64,000 nt of DNA from Minisyncoccia bacterium (GTDB lineage: Bacteria; Patescibacteriota; Minisyncoccia; 2-02-FULL-40-12; IGHO2-01-FULL-4-A), in assembly GCA_050015375.1 (NCBI GenBank), contig JBEKBN010000004.1, positions 15,188 to 79,187 on the forward strand, given 5' to 3'. The notes below the pieces were generated by a model. It saw only the letters and a list, made by a program, of their open reading frames with translations. It ran no database searches and had not been told where the DNA came from. Below, one piece after another: positions 26,522 to 34,451 of the stretch (positions within the stretch are counted from its first letter, which is position 1; each line of letters opens with the position of its first letter). Made by a program: the position numbers and the translations under genes.

Positions 26522-27604
26522 GTGACTTCTAACGGGATGAGTAACGGAGAAAAAATATATTCGGAGGTGATCAAACCCCATTTCAGCAAACGCCGTTTGA
26601 TTTTTTATTTGATAACGGCGGCGGCGCTGATACTCGTTTTTCTAAAATTCTCGGAATTGAAACTAGTCGGCCGGATCTTCTTGACGGCGAACTTGTTCTG
26701 GTTGGGCGGCATCATTATTACCCAGATCCTCAGCTACTATTCTCTGGCGCTGAATTACCGCGATGTTTTGATGATAAAAGACCTGAAGATAAAAGCCATC
26801 AGTTTGTATCCGGTAACTTTTATTGTTCAATTCTTGAATCAAGCTATTCCTTCGGCGACGATCTCCGGCCAGATATTTTTCATCCAATATCTGAAAAAAT
26901 ACGGTTTGTCGGTCATTGAAGGCATCGGCCGAGCGATACTCGAGATCCTGACCCTGATAATCGCTTTTGGCGTTTTATTTTTCATGGCGACAATTCTTTT
27001 GGCGTTTGATGGCCAATTGGCAAGCAATTGGGTCGTGGCTTATATCATGTATATTTTCCTGTTCATAAGCGTGGCGTTGATTTTGGCATTTTTCGCTTTT
27101 CAAAAAACAAAACAAGGCAGAATATCAAAGTGGCTCATTAATTTGTTCCACCGCTTTTTTGACAAGTACGACATAAAAAATAGGACCGATTATGTTTCCC
27201 TTATACTCGACCAAATGCGCCAGAATTTGAATCTGAAGGAGCTAACAAAGAAAAAGGGCTTGCTTTTCAAAGCGGCTTTCTGGCAAGGATTGATCTTGAT
27301 CCTCAATATTCTAACTCTGTTCTTCATTTCTTACGCCATCGGTTCGAAAATTTCTTTTTTGGTGGCGTTCATCGTTTTTACTTTAATAAAATTCATTTCC
27401 CTTATCGCGTTCGTTCCCGGCGCGCTGGGCATATTCGAAGGCGGGATGACTTTGCTTTTGATCTCGTTTGGCGTTGGTGCCGGTCCGGCTTTGACCATGA
27501 CTCTTCTTTTCCGTGCTTTTACCTTCTGGATTCCCATGCCCATCGGCTGGCTCTTGTATCGCTACTTCCTTCATCGCCAGGAATTAGAGAGTCCGGAACC
27601 ATAG
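26522..27604 (+). CDS. Flippase-like/UPF0104 (lysyl-PG synthase TM-region family) membrane protein
   Basis: This is a 360-aa polytopic protein with the architecture and sequence pattern of LPG_synthase_TM-type proteins. A second in-frame ATG lies at 26537. Confidence 0.55.
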   Translation: MTSNGMSNGEKIYSEVIKPHFSKRRLIFYLITAAALILVFLKFSELKLVGRIFLTANLFWLGGIIITQILSYYSLALNYRDVLMIKDLKIKAISLYPVTFIVQFLNQAIPSATISGQIFFIQYLKKYGLSVIEGIGRAILEILTLIIAFGVLFFMATILLAFDGQLASNWVVAYIMYIFLFISVALILAFFAFQKTKQGRISKWLINLFHRFFDKYDIKNRTDYVSLILDQMRQNLNLKELTKKKGLLFKAAFWQGLILILNILTLFFISYAIGSKISFLVAFIVFTLIKFISLIAFVPGALGIFEGGMTLLLISFGVGAGPALTMTLLFRAFTFWIPMPIGWLLYRYFLHRQELESPEP

Positions 27605-27714
27605 AGTTTATTAAATATTCAATTTTGAAATTATAGTTTATTAAAATATCAATTAATAAATAAAATTGGATTGTCAGGCGAAGTTGGGCGATATAGAGTC
27701 GCACGATTTCGGTG

Positions 27715-28056
27715 ATGATGATCAGTTTTGGAAATATGATGAATTATTGGGGTGGGCCGGGATATGTGGGTAGTGCCGGAGTGATCGGTTTTGTGGTAAG
27801 TATTTTGGTCACAATACTCGTGCTCTGTATAATCTTTGCGATAGTCCGGCGGGTTTTATGGGGTTGCGGTCGTTGTCATCAATGTCGGAAGATGTGGAGA
27901 CATGGAATGCACGGCATGCATGAACATGGCATGCACACGATGAACGGCGGACCTGGCTTGGGCGGTTCGGCGCTCGATATTCTCGACCAGCGCTACGCCA
28001 AAGGCGAAATAGACAAGAATGAATACGAATCAAAGAAAAAGGATCTGATGAGCTAA
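27715..28056 (+). CDS. SHOCT-domain small membrane protein with His/Met-rich segment
   Basis: One TM is followed by CGRCHQC and HGMHGMHEHGMHTM. The C-terminal SALDILDQRYAKGEIDKNEYESKKKDL is SHOCT-like. The terminator aaacccgcc-gaaa-ggcgggttt plus T lies at 28059-28085. Confidence 0.55.
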   Translation: MMISFGNMMNYWGGPGYVGSAGVIGFVVSILVTILVLCIIFAIVRRVLWGCGRCHQCRKMWRHGMHGMHEHGMHTMNGGPGLGGSALDILDQRYAKGEIDKNEYESKKKDLMS

Positions 28057-28160
28057 ATCCAAACCCGCCGAAAGGCGGGTTTTGAGTTGGGAGTTTATAA
28101 GTCAGTTGAACATATCGGACAAGGATGCTACGATAGAAATGCATATATACTACCATTAAC

Positions 28161-28910
28161 ATGATAAAAAAGGAGGAGGAAAAATTGGAAGCAATAAGAT
28201 TGAGAAAGCTGGGTTTATCTTATTCAGAGATATTGACAAAAGTACCAGTTGCAAAGTCGTCCCTAGGGTTATGGCTTAAATCGGTTGGTCTTTCAAAGAA
28301 AATAAAATATAATCTAACAGAAAAGAAAAGACTTGCAGGATTAAGAGGAGCCCAAAAAAGACACGAACAAAGAATTTCTTTAACAAAAAAGATACTTTAT
28401 AATGCTGAAAACGAAATCAAATATATTTCTAAGAGAGAGCTATGGCTTATCGGCGTATGCTTATATTGGGCCGAAGGTTCTAAGGAGAAAGAAAGACATC
28501 CAGGATCAAATGTTCAATTTTCAAATTCCGATCCAAAAATGATTCTTCTCTTTCTTAAATGGCTCGACGAAACGTGCAAAATCCCGCAAAACATGATATA
28601 TTTTGATATATACATTCACGAAAGCCATAGGAAAAGAGTTGATTTAGTCAAAGAATTCTGGCGCAATTGTACCGGCTACCCAAAAGAACAATTTGATCAC
28701 GTATATTACAAGAAGAATAAAATAAGGACAAAAAGAATAAATATTGGTGATTCTTATTATGGGGTTGTTAAGGTAAGAGTCAGGAGAAGTTCGGCTTTTC
28801 TTAGACGTATTGCTGGATGGATAGAAGGTGTTTGCGATGTAACTTTGCCGGGTGGTGTATTTGGTAACACGCCTGCCTTTGAAGCAGGAGACACTAGGTT
28901 CGAACCCTAG
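28161..28910 (+). CDS. AT-rich HTH-domain hypothetical protein whose 3' end reads into tRNA-Gln
   Basis: The N-terminal HTH-like segment LEAIRLRKLGLSYSEILTKV is followed by a basic region and a WLIGVCLYWAEGSKEK segment of uncertain LAGLIDADG-like character. The last 21 codons lie inside the tRNA (28846 onward). An alternative TTG start at 28186 follows an AGGAGGAGG SD. Confidence 0.4.
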   Translation: MIKKEEEKLEAIRLRKLGLSYSEILTKVPVAKSSLGLWLKSVGLSKKIKYNLTEKKRLAGLRGAQKRHEQRISLTKKILYNAENEIKYISKRELWLIGVCLYWAEGSKEKERHPGSNVQFSNSDPKMILLFLKWLDETCKIPQNMIYFDIYIHESHRKRVDLVKEFWRNCTGYPKEQFDHVYYKKNKIRTKRINIGDSYYGVVKVRVRRSSAFLRRIAGWIEGVCDVTLPGGVFGNTPAFEAGDTRFEP

Positions 28911-28921
28911 CCCGGCAGCCA
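28846..28921 (+). tRNA. tRNA-Gln (anticodon UUG), CCA encoded
   Basis: The cloverleaf was read directly. Acceptor arm tgccggg pairs with cccggca. The D-arm is gtgt-atttggta-acac. The anticodon arm is cctgc-cTTTGaa-gcagg. The variable loop is agaca. The T-arm is ctagg-ttcgaac-cctag. The discriminator is G, followed by CCA. The U1:A72 pair and G73 are Gln identity elements. Confidence 0.85.
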
Positions 28922-28929
28922 ATTAGTTT

Positions 28930-29325
28930 ATGAAAAACTCTACAGGCAAACTTTCATTTATTCTAAGACCATCAACTATCACTCATGGTGGGGTTGGAGT
29001 TTTTGCATTGCATGATATCGCAAAAGATACATACATGGAATTATTTTTGAAAGATTTTCAAGAAGAATTACTTGACGAGAAAAATGTGCCGAAGGAACTG
29101 CGGGGTTACTGTTTGCATCATGAAAGCGGGAAACTCCTATGTCCGAAACTTTTTAATCGGATGGATATAGGGAATTATCTAAATCATTCAGAAAATCCGA
29201 ATTTAAGATATGAGAAAGGAAAAGGTTATTTTGCTTTGCGTGATATAAAGGCCGGAGAAGAACTATTTGCAAATTATAGACAGCTTGGCGAGCCGGAGGA
29301 TAAAAGAAGAGATTATTATAAATAA
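28930..29325 (+). CDS. SET-domain protein (putative protein-lysine methyltransferase)
   Basis: GGVGVFALHDIAKDT, NHSENPN (compare NHSCxPN) and GEELFANY (compare GEELTFDY) are present. The 131-aa gene is AT-rich and begins 9 nt after the tRNA-Gln 3' end. Confidence 0.75.
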   Translation: MKNSTGKLSFILRPSTITHGGVGVFALHDIAKDTYMELFLKDFQEELLDEKNVPKELRGYCLHHESGKLLCPKLFNRMDIGNYLNHSENPNLRYEKGKGYFALRDIKAGEELFANYRQLGEPEDKRRDYYK

Positions 29326-29471
29326 TTTGTGGATAAAATAATTCCGACTTCCCGCCATAGGTGGGCAGGCAGTGCCAAGCGGTTGGCTTCATTGACTTGT
29401 TTCCAATAATATGCTAATCTGTATTTAGGTGTTTTACATCAAGCATACTAGACCAGAGAGGAGTAAGGGCA

Positions 29472-29927
29472 ATGAACAAAAGCAAAAAGAATGATGACTA
29501 TCCGCGAGCAGTGGTTCGTGAGATTGATGGCCAATTGGTATTGGATGATCCCGATGCCGTGGCGGTCATACATGCGGTAGGAAAGCACAACTGTCGCAAT
29601 ACACTGGGCTTGAATGCGGATCGCGTCCAACACTTTAAACAGCGACTGACAGATCGCGGTATGACGGCAAATCAAGCGGTAATCGTGATATTGAATGTTG
29701 ACGATGTTCACGGTGGCCCACTTGCCGATATGCTGATGCCTGGACACAACTGGCAGGAAATCCGCGATAAAGGTGAAGTTCCTTTTGCACGGGGACTTGC
29801 TATGCGTGATGGCATTCAAGAAGTACTTGGCACCTTTGACGAGAAAGCCGCCAAGAAATTGCTGGGTATGACCGGTGTGGCCGTCGTGGTTGTTGATCAC
29901 GGCGTTGCCGAAGTATTTGCAGCATAG
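29472..29927 (+). CDS. Hypothetical protein, conspicuously GC-rich relative to neighbours
   Basis: The promoter is TTGACT-17-TAATCT at about 29394-29424, with a GAGAGGAG SD. The 151-aa protein has no recognised domain. Its composition contrasts with the AT-rich genes on both sides. Confidence 0.5.
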   Translation: MNKSKKNDDYPRAVVREIDGQLVLDDPDAVAVIHAVGKHNCRNTLGLNADRVQHFKQRLTDRGMTANQAVIVILNVDDVHGGPLADMLMPGHNWQEIRDKGEVPFARGLAMRDGIQEVLGTFDEKAAKKLLGMTGVAVVVVDHGVAEVFAA

Positions 29928-30042
29928 TTGAAAGAACCCCGCGGTTATCACAACAGGCGCACGATCTACGGATACGGCGCCTTTTAATATACCAAAAATT
30001 GTTATAGACTAACTCTAATATCGTACCAAGCGGACAGCAACA

Positions 30043-30321
30043 ATGTATTTCGTCTATCTTTTAAAGTGCGGTGACGGGTCAATATATATCGGCATTACAA
30101 CCAGTGTTGAGCGGAGATTTCAGGAACATAAGTCCGGCAAAGGCGGGGCATACACCAGAGCAAAGAAAGCCGTTAAGATCTTATATTCTGAAAAATTCAG
30201 AACCAGAAGTAAAGCGTCAAAGCGGGAGGCGGAAATCAAAAATTGGCCGAGACGAGAAAAATTAGATTTAATCAAACATGGCAGATTTCAAACAACTACA
30301 AAAAATAATTTACAAAAATAA
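30043..30321 (+). CDS. GIY-YIG nuclease family protein (YhbQ/UPF0213-like)
   Basis: MYFVYLLKCGDGSIYIGITTSVERRFQEHKSGKG is a canonical GIY-YIG motif. Its 3' end overlaps the next gene by 44 nt. Confidence 0.75.
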   Translation: MYFVYLLKCGDGSIYIGITTSVERRFQEHKSGKGGAYTRAKKAVKILYSEKFRTRSKASKREAEIKNWPRREKLDLIKHGRFQTTTKNNLQK

Positions 30322-30580
30322 AGTCAAACACGGGTTTAATGTTACCGACGTTGATAGAGAATTCAATTTTATCTACGCCGAATTGGCCGAGGCGTTTCAC
30401 GCTTTCAGGAAAAAGTCACCGGAACTCGGGGAAGAAATAGCTGATGTCGTCATTTATCTTTTGGGTTTGGCAGAAATCCTCAAAATTGATTTAGGAAAAG
30501 AAATCGTGAAAAAGATGGATAAAAACAAAAAACGAGTTTACGAAAAAATTAATGGCGTGACGACGAGGGTTAAAGGTTAG
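30278..30580 (+). CDS. MazG-like nucleotide pyrophosphohydrolase domain protein
   Basis: EFNFIYAELAEAFHAFRK...LGEEIADVVIYLLGLAEI matches the all-alpha NTP-PPase (MazG/HisE-like) metal-binding EExxE/D pattern. Confidence 0.65.
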   Translation: MADFKQLQKIIYKNKVKHGFNVTDVDREFNFIYAELAEAFHAFRKKSPELGEEIADVVIYLLGLAEILKIDLGKEIVKKMDKNKKRVYEKINGVTTRVKG

Positions 30581-30602
30581 TTTTCAAATTATATTTCATG
30601 AA

Positions 30603-31115
30603 ATGGCCGGAGATGCTTACAAAATTTATAAAACTATGAACCAAGACACTTTTGAAAAAGTTTTAAAGATATCGGAGGAATATTTCAGTTCGAATACCGA
30701 TCCGAACCAGATGCCTATAAATAAAGATTCGGAGCAAAAACTTCTGTCAATTCATACGGATACGATAATTTATAAATTGGACGAAAAAGAGGAGCCAATA
30801 GCATGGGCAGTGGTAGTTCCGACAAGCACAGAGACCATGACTTCTTTTCTCGAAAAGAAGATCACCGAAAGAGAACTTCTGGACATTGCCGCAAAAGAGA
30901 AAAAATTCGATGCCTTGTATCTTTGCGCCGTTTTTGTTTTGCCCGAACATCGAAGAAAGGGATACGCAAAAGAATTATTATTGAACGCCATTGAAAAGAT
31001 TCCAAACAGTGACAAAGCGACTTTATATGCATGGATATATTCCGATGAAGGGAAAAAACTCGTTGAGGCGCTTACTAAAGAAACTGGCAGAAAAATTTTG
31101 ATAAAAAAGGGTTAG
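30603..31115 (+). CDS. GNAT-family N-acetyltransferase
   Basis: The acetyl-CoA binding motif LYLCAVFVLPEHRRKGYAKELL fits the Q/RxxGxG/A pattern. The length is 170 aa. Confidence 0.7.
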   Translation: MAGDAYKIYKTMNQDTFEKVLKISEEYFSSNTDPNQMPINKDSEQKLLSIHTDTIIYKLDEKEEPIAWAVVVPTSTETMTSFLEKKITERELLDIAAKEKKFDALYLCAVFVLPEHRRKGYAKELLLNAIEKIPNSDKATLYAWIYSDEGKKLVEALTKETGRKILIKKG

Positions 31116-31194
31116 AACCTCCCGTATTTGACATATACCACCATGTTGTGATATTATTATAGGTAGCAGTTATCTTAACAATTGGAGGTGAAAT

Positions 31195-31806
31195 TTGAGC
31201 GCGGAAACGATTGGTATGATATCAGGATTTCTGGTTGTTGTAAGTTGCATCCCGTATAGTATTAGAGTGCATCAGCGGAAAATCACACCCAATCTTGTTA
31301 CCTGGTCTCTCTGGACTCTTTTGGGATTCACACTCCTAATCACATATAAGAGTTCAGGTGCCGAAGCAAACATTTGGCCAGCCATATTCGGGTTCACAAA
31401 TCCGCTGATTATTACCATCCTTGCTTTTTGGAGGAATGGAATGAGGAAGAGATTAGATCGAGTGGAAATATTTTCACTCGTCTTTTGTTTGCTGGCGATC
31501 GGACTCTGGCTCGATGTCAGGCAAAAAAAAGAATTGGCTCAATTTTCGCTCTATCTGGCAATCATCGCCGATAGCTGTGCCGGGATTCCGACTCTTGAAC
31601 TTGCCTTGAAAACGCCCGAAAAAGACCGTCCGTTCGCCTGGACTTTGTTTGCGATTGGTTATGGTTTAGTTGTTTTCGCAATTACTGATCGGACATTTGC
31701 CAACTACTTTCTTCCGTCGTATATGTGTTCAAGCGGATTATTTGTTGCTTTTCTTTTTGCTCGATACAGATGGAGACAAAAATTACCGTGGATTGAATGG
31801 ATCTGA
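31195..31806 (+). CDS. Hypothetical polytopic membrane protein
   Basis: The promoter is TTGACA-18-TATTAT at 31126-31155, followed by a GGAGGTG SD and a TTG start. The 203-aa protein has 6 or more predicted TM segments. Confidence 0.5.
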   Translation: MSAETIGMISGFLVVVSCIPYSIRVHQRKITPNLVTWSLWTLLGFTLLITYKSSGAEANIWPAIFGFTNPLIITILAFWRNGMRKRLDRVEIFSLVFCLLAIGLWLDVRQKKELAQFSLYLAIIADSCAGIPTLELALKTPEKDRPFAWTLFAIGYGLVVFAITDRTFANYFLPSYMCSSGLFVAFLFARYRWRQKLPWIEWI

Positions 31807-31989
31807 CCCCGTCCGGATAAAGCCCTAAAAAGCTTTCATCCATCGGGGTTTTCTTTTGTTGACAAAATGCGGGCAATGGTGGTATATTTGATACATGCTA
31901 GTCGCATCTCATTTAGGTTTCGATTGCGTCATTTCTCTCATCGAAGGGTCATGTCTCCAGTGGAAACTTAGGAGACGAATAGTAATTAT

Positions 31990-33183
31990 ATGCAAAGAAG
32001 TTTCGGCCGAGCCTCGATGATTCGGGGCAAACGGCCAAGTCCGGGCAGAAGCCGTCCGCCGTTTCGAGGAGGCGGAAATCGCGGTTTTATTGACCCAAAA
32101 AAATTCATAAATAAAGCTGTCATCAACGAGCAGGTTGAAGATTTTATTCCCGAACATTCGTTCGCCGATTTTGATATTGACCCGAGATTGAAGAAAAATA
32201 TTTCCGACAAGGGTTACGCCACGCCGACGCCGATCCAAGACAAAGCCATCATCCCGGTTCTCAAAGACGCGGATGTTGTCGGTATTGCCAATACCGGCAC
32301 CGGTAAAACGGCCGTTTTTCTTGTTCCGCTTATAAACAAAGTTTTGCTCGACCAAAACCAGAAAATACTGATAATCGCGCCAACCCGCGAGCTGGGCATT
32401 CAGATCGACGAAGAGTTCCGTTGGTTCGCGAAAAATTTGCGGGTATTTTCAGCTTGTTGCGTCGGCGGAGCGAATATCAACCGCCAGATCGCCGACCTTT
32501 CGCGCAAACACAATTTTGTTATTGGCACTCCGGGTAGAATAAAAGACCTGATGGGTCGGGGATTGATAGACCTTTCGAAATTCAAAACATTGGTTCTCGA
32601 TGAGGCTGACCGGCTTTTGGATATGGGTTTTATCAATGACACCAGATACATGGCGCGCCTTTTGCCGAAACCGCACCAGACGCTTTTCTTTTCAGCAACA
32701 TTTTCTTGGGAGGTTCAGGCGTTGATCGCCGAATTTTTAAACAATCCGGTGATGATATCGGTAAAAAAACAGGATACCGCTAAAAATGTCGACCAGGATG
32801 TCATTAAACTCGAGAATGGCGATTTGAAAGTGGATGTTTTGAGTAGATTATTGAAGCATCCGGATTTCAACAAAGTATTGATTTTCGGCAGAACTAAACA
32901 TGGCGTGGAAAAACTTTCCAAAATTCTTTCAGCTCGGGGTTTCAGAGTGGAATCCATCCACGGCAACAAAAGCCATGGCCAAAGACAGCGGGCTCTCGGA
33001 CTTTTCAAGGAAAGCCGGGTTCAGGTACTGGTGGCGACCGATCTCGCGGCCCGAGGTTTGGATATTGATAATGTCAGCCATGTCATAAATTTCGACACGC
33101 CCAACACATACGAGGATTACATTCATCGCATCGGCAGAACCGGAAGAGCCGACAAAAAAGGCAAGGCCCTGACTTTTGTTTGA
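31990..33183 (+). CDS. DEAD-box ATP-dependent RNA helicase
   Basis: The Q-motif, Walker A TGTGKT, PTRELGIQ, DEAD, SAT and HRIGRTGRA are all present, with an Arg/Gly-rich N-terminal tail. The promoter is TTGACA-18-TATATT at about 31858-31888. The 5' UTR is about 100 nt and carries an AGGAGA SD. Confidence 0.9.
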   Translation: MQRSFGRASMIRGKRPSPGRSRPPFRGGGNRGFIDPKKFINKAVINEQVEDFIPEHSFADFDIDPRLKKNISDKGYATPTPIQDKAIIPVLKDADVVGIANTGTGKTAVFLVPLINKVLLDQNQKILIIAPTRELGIQIDEEFRWFAKNLRVFSACCVGGANINRQIADLSRKHNFVIGTPGRIKDLMGRGLIDLSKFKTLVLDEADRLLDMGFINDTRYMARLLPKPHQTLFFSATFSWEVQALIAEFLNNPVMISVKKQDTAKNVDQDVIKLENGDLKVDVLSRLLKHPDFNKVLIFGRTKHGVEKLSKILSARGFRVESIHGNKSHGQRQRALGLFKESRVQVLVATDLAARGLDIDNVSHVINFDTPNTYEDYIHRIGRTGRADKKGKALTFV

Positions 33184-33208
33184 GATGCAGATGGTGTATA
33201 ATCGAGCT

Positions 33209-33373
33209 ATGAGCAAAGGTTCATCCGGAGCCCTTTACGGACTGGGGTTTCTCGGGGCGGCGATCTATTATATCCGGCACGCCGATACATTTTGGGTAGG
33301 CGTACTGGGGATAATCAAGGCCATCATTTGGCCGGCCGTGCTCGTCTATAAGTTGTTCGCGTTTTTCAAATAA
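33209..33373 (+). CDS. Small membrane protein (55 aa)
   Basis: TGTATAAT-N6-ATG precedes MSKGSSGALYGLGFLGAAIYYI..., which has two predicted TM helices. The ORF track extends the frame to 33176. Confidence 0.45.
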   Translation: MSKGSSGALYGLGFLGAAIYYIRHADTFWVGVLGIIKAIIWPAVLVYKLFAFFK

Positions 33374-33380
33374 TTCCGCG

Positions 33381-33785
33381 ATGGAAACCCCGTCCGGCAA
33401 AACTAGAAAATTCATTAAATACGCTCTGATAATTTTGGCGGCGGTTCTTGTCGTCCTTTGCGCGGCGCTGATATTGCAATTCGTAAATTTGCAGAGATCG
33501 CCATTTTTGCGTTTTCACGGAATCCGGCCGCCTGATATTTTACGAAATCGCCAGCCACTGACCGTCAATGATGTTAATATGATCCAGCCCTGGATGACCT
33601 TTGATTATCTGAATCACATCTTTAACTTACCGCCGGATTATCTTAAAACCAAACTGGCTGTTTCCGATACGCGGTATCCGCGGCTTTCGCTCACCCATTT
33701 TATCCAAAACAATCATCTCGACTCGAACTCGGTCATGACTGAAGTTAAACGGGCGATAAGCGATTTCTTAAACGGCAAAAAATAG
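33381..33785 (+). CDS. Hypothetical membrane-anchored protein
   Basis: An N-terminal TM is followed by a soluble domain. No motif is recognised. Confidence 0.4.
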   Translation: METPSGKTRKFIKYALIILAAVLVVLCAALILQFVNLQRSPFLRFHGIRPPDILRNRQPLTVNDVNMIQPWMTFDYLNHIFNLPPDYLKTKLAVSDTRYPRLSLTHFIQNNHLDSNSVMTEVKRAISDFLNGKK

Positions 33786-33791
33786 AAGCCC

Positions 33792-34388
33792 ATGAGTTTA
33801 ATATTCAATTTTCTTCTTTCCTATCTTCTTCTTTATAAATACCTGACCCTGTTTGTAGTCGCCGTCGCCGCCGGCATTATTGTGCCCCTGCCTTTGAGCG
33901 CTCTGACTTTGGCTGTCGGCGCGTTTTCTAGCCAGGGATATTTCAGTTTTATTTTGTCTTTGATCGCGGTTGCCGGAGGCAATATTGTCGGCGACGCTTT
34001 TGATTATTATTTGGCAAAAAAATATGGCGAACTCGTCGTCCACAAATTCAAGATCGATCAATCCCGTTTTTTTATCCAGCTGGAAAAGTACACTCGCCAA
34101 AAAGCCGGCTGGACGATATTCATCACCCGATTCGCCGGTTCATTGGACCCGGTGGTGAATTTTTTGAGCGGTTTGGCCGGCGTGCCGTTCTTGAAATTCC
34201 TTTTTTTCGACTCTTTGGGCAATACCCTTGAAATATTTATTGTTCTTTACGCCGGCTATCTGGCGGGAAATTATTGGCAAAATATTTCCGGAGCCATTGA
34301 CATCATCGGCGGAATTATCATCGTTGCCATCATCATGTATTTTTTGTTCAAGATCTATGGCCGATATTCGCGGAAAAATCCGGCTTAG
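33792..34388 (+). CDS. DedA/VTT-domain family membrane protein
   Basis: GNIVGDAFDYYLAKKYG and FITRFAGSLDPVVNFLSGLAGVPFLKF are DedA (SNARE-associated) signatures. Confidence 0.7.
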   Translation: MSLIFNFLLSYLLLYKYLTLFVVAVAAGIIVPLPLSALTLAVGAFSSQGYFSFILSLIAVAGGNIVGDAFDYYLAKKYGELVVHKFKIDQSRFFIQLEKYTRQKAGWTIFITRFAGSLDPVVNFLSGLAGVPFLKFLFFDSLGNTLEIFIVLYAGYLAGNYWQNISGAIDIIGGIIIVAIIMYFLFKIYGRYSRKNPA

Positions 34389-34451
34389 CCCGTTTCAGGA
34401 ATTCTTAATGCTGGTATTGTATAGTGACGAATTATGGTTTAATATAAGCAT

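Noticed and set aside
29448-29951. 167-aa minus-strand ORF opposite the GC-rich hypothetical gene
   Set aside because: The plus-strand frame has a consensus promoter and a GAGAGGAG SD. The minus frame is Cys/His-rich low-complexity with no start context. The plus strand was chosen.
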